Below are positions 58,701 through 64,000 of a DNA stretch of 64,000 nucleotides, one piece after another. The DNA lies in contig CM106586.1 in assembly GCA_048013815.1 (NCBI GenBank), positions 16,120,001-16,184,000 on the forward strand. Reading direction: 5' to 3'. Numbering within the stretch: position 1 is the first letter of the stretch; the number at the start of each line of letters is the position of its first letter. The position numbers were made by a program, and so were the translations under genes. This DNA is from Setoptus koraiensis. Taxonomy: Eukaryota > Animalia > Arthropoda. The notes beneath the pieces are model-generated. The model searched no databases. It was not told where the DNA came from and saw only the letters and a program-made list of their open reading frames with translations.

Positions 58701-61700
58701 GATGGAATCAGGAGAAAAAATATCTGTTAGTGCGTGCTCTTCTTGCCATGATTCATAAATACTATTACAACCTTATCTCATTTGAACGGAAAGTATCAGA
58801 AATATTTATTATTATATTCGTAGATGGGCTACTTGAGCCAAACAAATGAGGTAGAGTGGGCCAGACAATAGTAGCGCCACCATTGAAGGTCATTTGGAGG
58901 ATCAATCGAACGGATGAAATTAACTGGGTTGATTCTGAAACCGTCGGCTCATTTATTTGCTCCGCCGAGCCTTTTATTCAAGCTGGCCCCTTTAAGTTCG
59001 TTCACAATTTGCTTTTTTACTGCCCCAGGACTATAACAGTTGCTAGTCGAGCGGTAGTAGTAGTAGTGGCAGCACTGACAGATACTATAAATGGCCAAAC
59101 ATATACACTTGAACTGTTAGTATGTGAAAACATTTTGTCTTGAAATTCAACCCGTTCTGGCATCGGCTGACTTCACCTATAGCTAGCCGTGGCCAGCTTG
59201 CTCACAAGTTAGATTGAGATAACCTCACTGGCTCGTGAGTGATATACACAGAACGAGAGAGATAGAGAGAGTGGAGCTTGAGTGATAGGTAGATGGGTAG
59301 TTAGACGAGCATATGTGCGTTCTGTCTGGATTTGAGAGAACGAAATGAATGGATGAGCAAGTTATCTCCATTAGTGCAACCGGCGCTTGCGAGTCGAGTT
59401 GTTCAGTTGTTCGAATCGTCGATGCATCACCATTCTGAGATGATGGACAAATCCTCTGATTTGTTCAAGAGATGGTGATCTTGTGTCGAACGCGAGTGGC
59501 CCGTGATGGTAGTTTCAACTAAATAGCCCAAATAAACGTATGTATAGTGTGCAATTAATATCCACCACTTCTATCAAATGTATTTGCAGCCAATACAAAC
59601 TTGTGTGCAAATGTGCAAGGGGGCGGCTTCCGTCTGGCGAAAACAAATAATCACGTTGTTGGCCAAGTCGCTAGTTCAATAACAACAACAGTAGTGCAGA
59701 TGGCGAATGTCTTGGTTGGCGATTCTGCGTGGCCTTGCGATTTTGTTTATATCGGGAAAGTCTCACTAGTTTCAGCTAGTTATCTATATCATGTGACGCA
59801 ATAACCGGCAGCAGCAGTAACACCAACAACGGCCTGGGCTTAAAGTGAGTTTTATCGACTATAGTTGTTTGTATTATAGCGAGTATAAGCTCTAAAGCTA
59901 ACTCGCCAGAAGGTTCACGTAGGAACGAGTTATCATTGTGTGTGTGTGATGCAGAATTAGCGATGAGCCAACACCACGTTTGTTTCTCTGACCTGTACGT
60001 GTCACCATTTTATTATCTACAGAGATAGTTCAACCAGTTGTTTTGACATGAGAACATCATACTTGTCAGAGAGGATCTTTTACACTGACGGCGCAACAAC
60101 AATAATAATCTATATACTGTAATATGCATGTAGCGGCCAGTGTTGGCCTTCGTTGGCCACCAGAGCGTGTGCACTATGGGCAAACATTCTTGTGGTGGTG
60201 GTGGTGTATGGGGGCAGAATATAAATGAATTGTGTTGATTGTGCCCTAACTTCATGCTTCATTGCTGTCAGTGACGTTTGTTGGCTAACACCCCCACATC
60301 CCGTACGGGCAACCTTCGTCCACCACTAGCACTAGGGACAGAAAATGATGATCGAACATTAAACATATCAAGCTCATTCGGTTGCTTTATACGAGATGTG
60401 TGAATATGTGACGCCAAACTAATACCATCGCGCCATATGTTAAGCTAACTAAATAAATGTTTATGGCCCAATTTTCACTCAAAATAGTTGATGATGTATG
60501 GCTAACGGTGTGGGCCCCAAGTGACAGCGCTTTATCTAGATGACAACAATGAAGCCGAGCGCGGCATCATGGTAATGACTGCAACCCTTTCGGCCTTAGT
60601 CCTTTATCATGTTATTGTACGCGCTCGGTGCACAGCGCTGATTAAGAAGCAGCTGTCGGGTTTTATGATAATAGCAACTTATGCATAACTGGCACACAAA
60701 CGGATCAACATTAGCACATGAATAGATTACGTCTGGCCAGGTTAATGAAAGCTATGACCCGTTGCGCAATCAGACACACAATTGTCGGATTATGTGTGCT
60801 GCAGTGATTGTTCCAAGATGAAATACGGTGGAGCTTCATGCTGGTGCCTCGGACAAAGGAAAGGACATGCCCGTTGGGCGCCACTTTGCGCCTCGACGTT
60901 ATAAGGAGAGAGAGAGAGAGAGAGAGAGAGAGATCACTGAATATTGCCCATGGGCCAGTCTTGGCCTGCCAGCGTGCTCGTCACCTGTCGGCTCAGTTTC
61001 ACATGCGATCTCCTACTGTCTCACCTTCAGAGGGCGATTCGTTGGGGGCAAAGTTACTGTGGCGGACCTTGTTAGAACGAAAATGGCTAGATGACGTGTC
61101 AGGGCGCTCTTCGATGAGAATTCAATTATGTGTTCGATGGAGCCCCGATGGATAATTTAGTGCTGCTTATGTTGTCGTCGCCTTGCACTGATTTCTCTCT
61201 GGTGGTCAGCGTGTGAAGCTGGCCCTGTTTGCGCCGGCCAGCAGTAATAGTACCCAGTGTCGCGCGTATAACGGTACATATAGCCACTGCCAAAACGGTG
61301 CTGGTGCTAGAGGTAGCAGCACTAGTAGCGGAAGAATGATACCAATTGACAATTGGTGCATGTTCAATTCAAACGAACAACGACTCTGGCACGCACTATG
61401 GTTAACACACACACACACACACGCACACACACACACACAGGGGTCTCGCCAACTGGCCATCTGGCGCAACATGGATGCAGTTTGTTTTAGTTTCGACACC
61501 TCAAGGTCGATCCGTGCCGATATACAGCGTCCAGTATTATTAGTGTCCATCTTAAACTAGAAAGTGAGGACACACAAGCGGCCAGCAATCGGTTTGGCCC
61601 TGACGGCCCTCTGTGCTAGCTACAGCGCCCCAATGAGGTGCGCCACTGGCGACCAGTTAGCTAGTTACTTGAACGGAAAATTTTCGTTATCGCTCACGAA

Positions 61701-62930
61701 CTAGTCTAATTCGCGTCTCTTGTTTCCAGGACAATCCGACAGGATAGATAATGGGAGATTGCGGCAGAAGGAGCCCACTTCTCTGTCCGTGTGTACAGGC
61801 CCAAGCTGAAGTGTTTTTTGTGTGACGTCGTCGCCGTCGCTCTTCATGCTCGTTTCATCGGCGACCATCGCTTAGGAGGGGACCCCAAATAAAGATGTAT
61901 AAGTGCGTACCCCCTCCCCCCCGACGCACACACACACACACACCTGACTCGTTAATGTAAGTGTTAGGACAATTGTCACCCCCGTACAAGCCCCCATCTA
62001 CATTACTGGCGGCTCTCAAGGAGGTCAAGTTGGTTAGCTTCTGTTGAAGTTGCCTCAATCAACTCTCTTATGTCTTAATAGACAACAATATTATTATTCT
62101 TATTATTATTATTGTCATTATTATTATTATCAAAAATATAAATATACCGATTCGCACCGCCAAGCGGACAAAGCATGAAGCTGAATTGGATAAAATTTTT
62201 GTCTAGATCCTGTAGGTGTTATCATAGAGAGGCGCGCACGCACACACAGCTACAAAGTTAGATGCTGCACTGCAGTAGCTTCAATGCAGTAGCAGAGGCA
62301 GTAGCAGCAGCTTCTCTGGAGTTGTTCGCACATATTTGTATTCACTCAGGCTTTACCAGTGCAAACCAACTACTGTTCTAATGCGCAACGATTGTGCACA
62401 CAACACACACACACATCAGTGCAAAAAGAATTTATATACGTTCGTCTCAATTTCAAAGCACGCAGGCAACAATAACAAAAACGAAAAAATTTGGCCCATT
62501 ACACACATTTCACAGACAGATAGATAGGATATATTATTAACAATAACAATATCTTTGCAATTGTTGTTACATCAATTATACATTATTTATTCGGATCAAG
62601 TATTCCCAATGAACAACAATTACTGATAACTTACAGCTGAACAATATTATCCAAAAGAGCGTTTCTCTGGCACGTAAAAAACGTTATCGTTGTTGTTTTC
62701 TTCAAACATTTGGCTGCAACCAACAACAAAGCAAGCAACACTATTGCTATTTATAATGATACATCAGAACAACAAACAACTCTCTTTTATGGATTGTAGA
62801 GAAAATCATTCGCATAATACAGTTGGTTACTAGTCAATCAATGCACTGATCAACAACAATATCGTCAACAATACCACCAAACACAACAACGTTCTCTAGT
62901 AACCTCTTAATTAATACATAATTCATCACC
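54900..62930. other. About 8-kb microsatellite-rich non-coding block between the divergent Gdi and Sap47 genes
   Basis: No credible long ORF. It has many (CA)n, (GA)n, (TA)n and (GAT)n tracts and a strong + strand donor CTG|GTAAGT at 57618. Confidence 0.6.
56091..56160 (+). repeat. 14-bp minisatellite GGCRAGCTCAAGCC x5
   Basis: Read directly. Confidence 0.95.
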
Positions 62931-62938
62931 GAATCAAA

Positions 62939-64000
62939 ATGAATTTTTTCAATAATGTCGTCAAATCGTCTAATGCCATGATAAAGGAGAGACTGAACGA
63001 CCCTTTTGGCAAACAAAAAGCACAAGACGACCAACAGGAAGATACACCCAACGTAAACAATCAGGAACATGGAAGTCAGGCAACAACGTGTAAGTAGACC
63101 AGATATTATCTGTGACCACAACTATACACTCTCACAATTTATTCACTTTATCTTTTATTCTCATTTCTTGATGACTCAACAACATCGTCTCGACAACTTC
63201 AAAATATTCCATTTCAGCCAACGCGTCAGACACTATCACCGCCAACACTAAAAAGCTATCAGCAACCAATGATTCGAACCTCGATGATATGATCGGCGAC
63301 AATAACAAACAAAACTCACAATTTGCGGCTATTGCCGCTGATGCTGAGGCCGTGACACAAAAGGCCGTCGAATCAGCTAAAACATTTGGTAATTTTTTAT
63401 TCTCTATGGCCAACAAAGCTGGCCAAACTGTTAGTCAGACAGCTAAGCAAGTAAAACAAGTGGTTGAATCTAGTAGTATGTTAGCAGACTTCTCAAATGA
63501 GCAACAGGAATTTATTAAAGAACATGGTGGTAATATTCAACCAGGAGAGTTGCCTTGGGCTTCATGCGGTAGTGAGGAAGCATGCAATAGTGTCAAGGAG
63601 CAAGTATTATCATTGTCACAAGATAAACGAAATTTTGTTCGTAGTCCACCCGCTGGCGTAGATTTCCAATTCGAAGCAACATCTTGCTATCCAGTAGCTC
63701 TATCATTGCTTAGAGAAGATCCGAACCTTAACACAATGAGATTTGAAATTGTGCCGAAATTGTGAGTTTTTCTCTATACGAACTAGGTTCACATTCATTT
63801 TTTTTGCCCTCCAATATATGTTACTAATCCGTCAATAATTGTTACTTATTTGCACACTGAAAAATAGGGTCAACGAAGATACATTTTGGAGAAATTACTT
63901 TTACAGAGTCTCGCTCATCAAACAGTCAGTCCAGACCAAAAACCAAGAAGGATCTGAGAAACGAATTGGGTGGGCTTCAAGTCGCAGTTCTAGTGGAGAA
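62939..64000 (+). CDS. SYAP1: Synapse-associated protein Sap47/SYAP1 (BSD domain), 3' end outside the window
   Basis: Exons are 62939-63089, 63218-63761 and 63868-64000+ (frame conserved). It has AKTFGNFLFS, VLSLSQDKRNFVRSPPAG, EDPNLNTMRFEIVPKL|VNEDTFWRNYFYRVSLIKQS. Confidence 0.93.

Noticed and set aside
9400-62930. Conserved microRNA genes or transposase/RT ORFs in the non-coding blocks
   Set aside because: No mature miRNA seed-plus-hairpin or mobile-element coding motif was recognised by eye. A miRBase or Dfam search would be needed to exclude them.

Overview
Eukaryotic (arthropod, most likely mite/chelicerate; inference) window from a compact, intron-poor genome, with no prokaryotic features, CRISPR arrays, rRNA or convincing tRNA. 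About 16 protein-coding genes are tightly packed: Ssdp (3' end), an unknown Lys/His-rich ORF, spatacsin SPG11, a WS/DGAT-family acyltransferase-like gene, Top3alpha, a receptor guanylyl cyclase, L2HGDH, FTSJ3/Spb1, VPS29 (partly in a 500-N gap), B52/SRSF4-6, TMEM185, a PDZ-only Syd-1-like gene, COX18, REPTOR-BP/CREBL2, INTS6, Rab GDI and Sap47/SYAP1 (5' part). Two large non-coding blocks (about 9.4-24.7 kb, GC-rich, and about 54.9-62.9 kb) are full of micro/minisatellites and palindromes. The most notable signals are: two probable pseudoenzymes (WS/DGAT with HQxxxDG plus a PDZ-binding tail; a guanylyl cyclase lacking the catalytic Asn/Arg); a Syd-1 homologue without C2/RhoGAP; a Top3alpha without zinc fingers, preceded by an out-of-frame mitochondrial-presequence-like uORF; an intronless SR-protein gene; a U1-like structured segment; and candidate recursive splice sites. 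Exon boundaries were derived by hand from GT-AG signals and frame continuity. Gene identities rest on recalled family motifs, not database searches.
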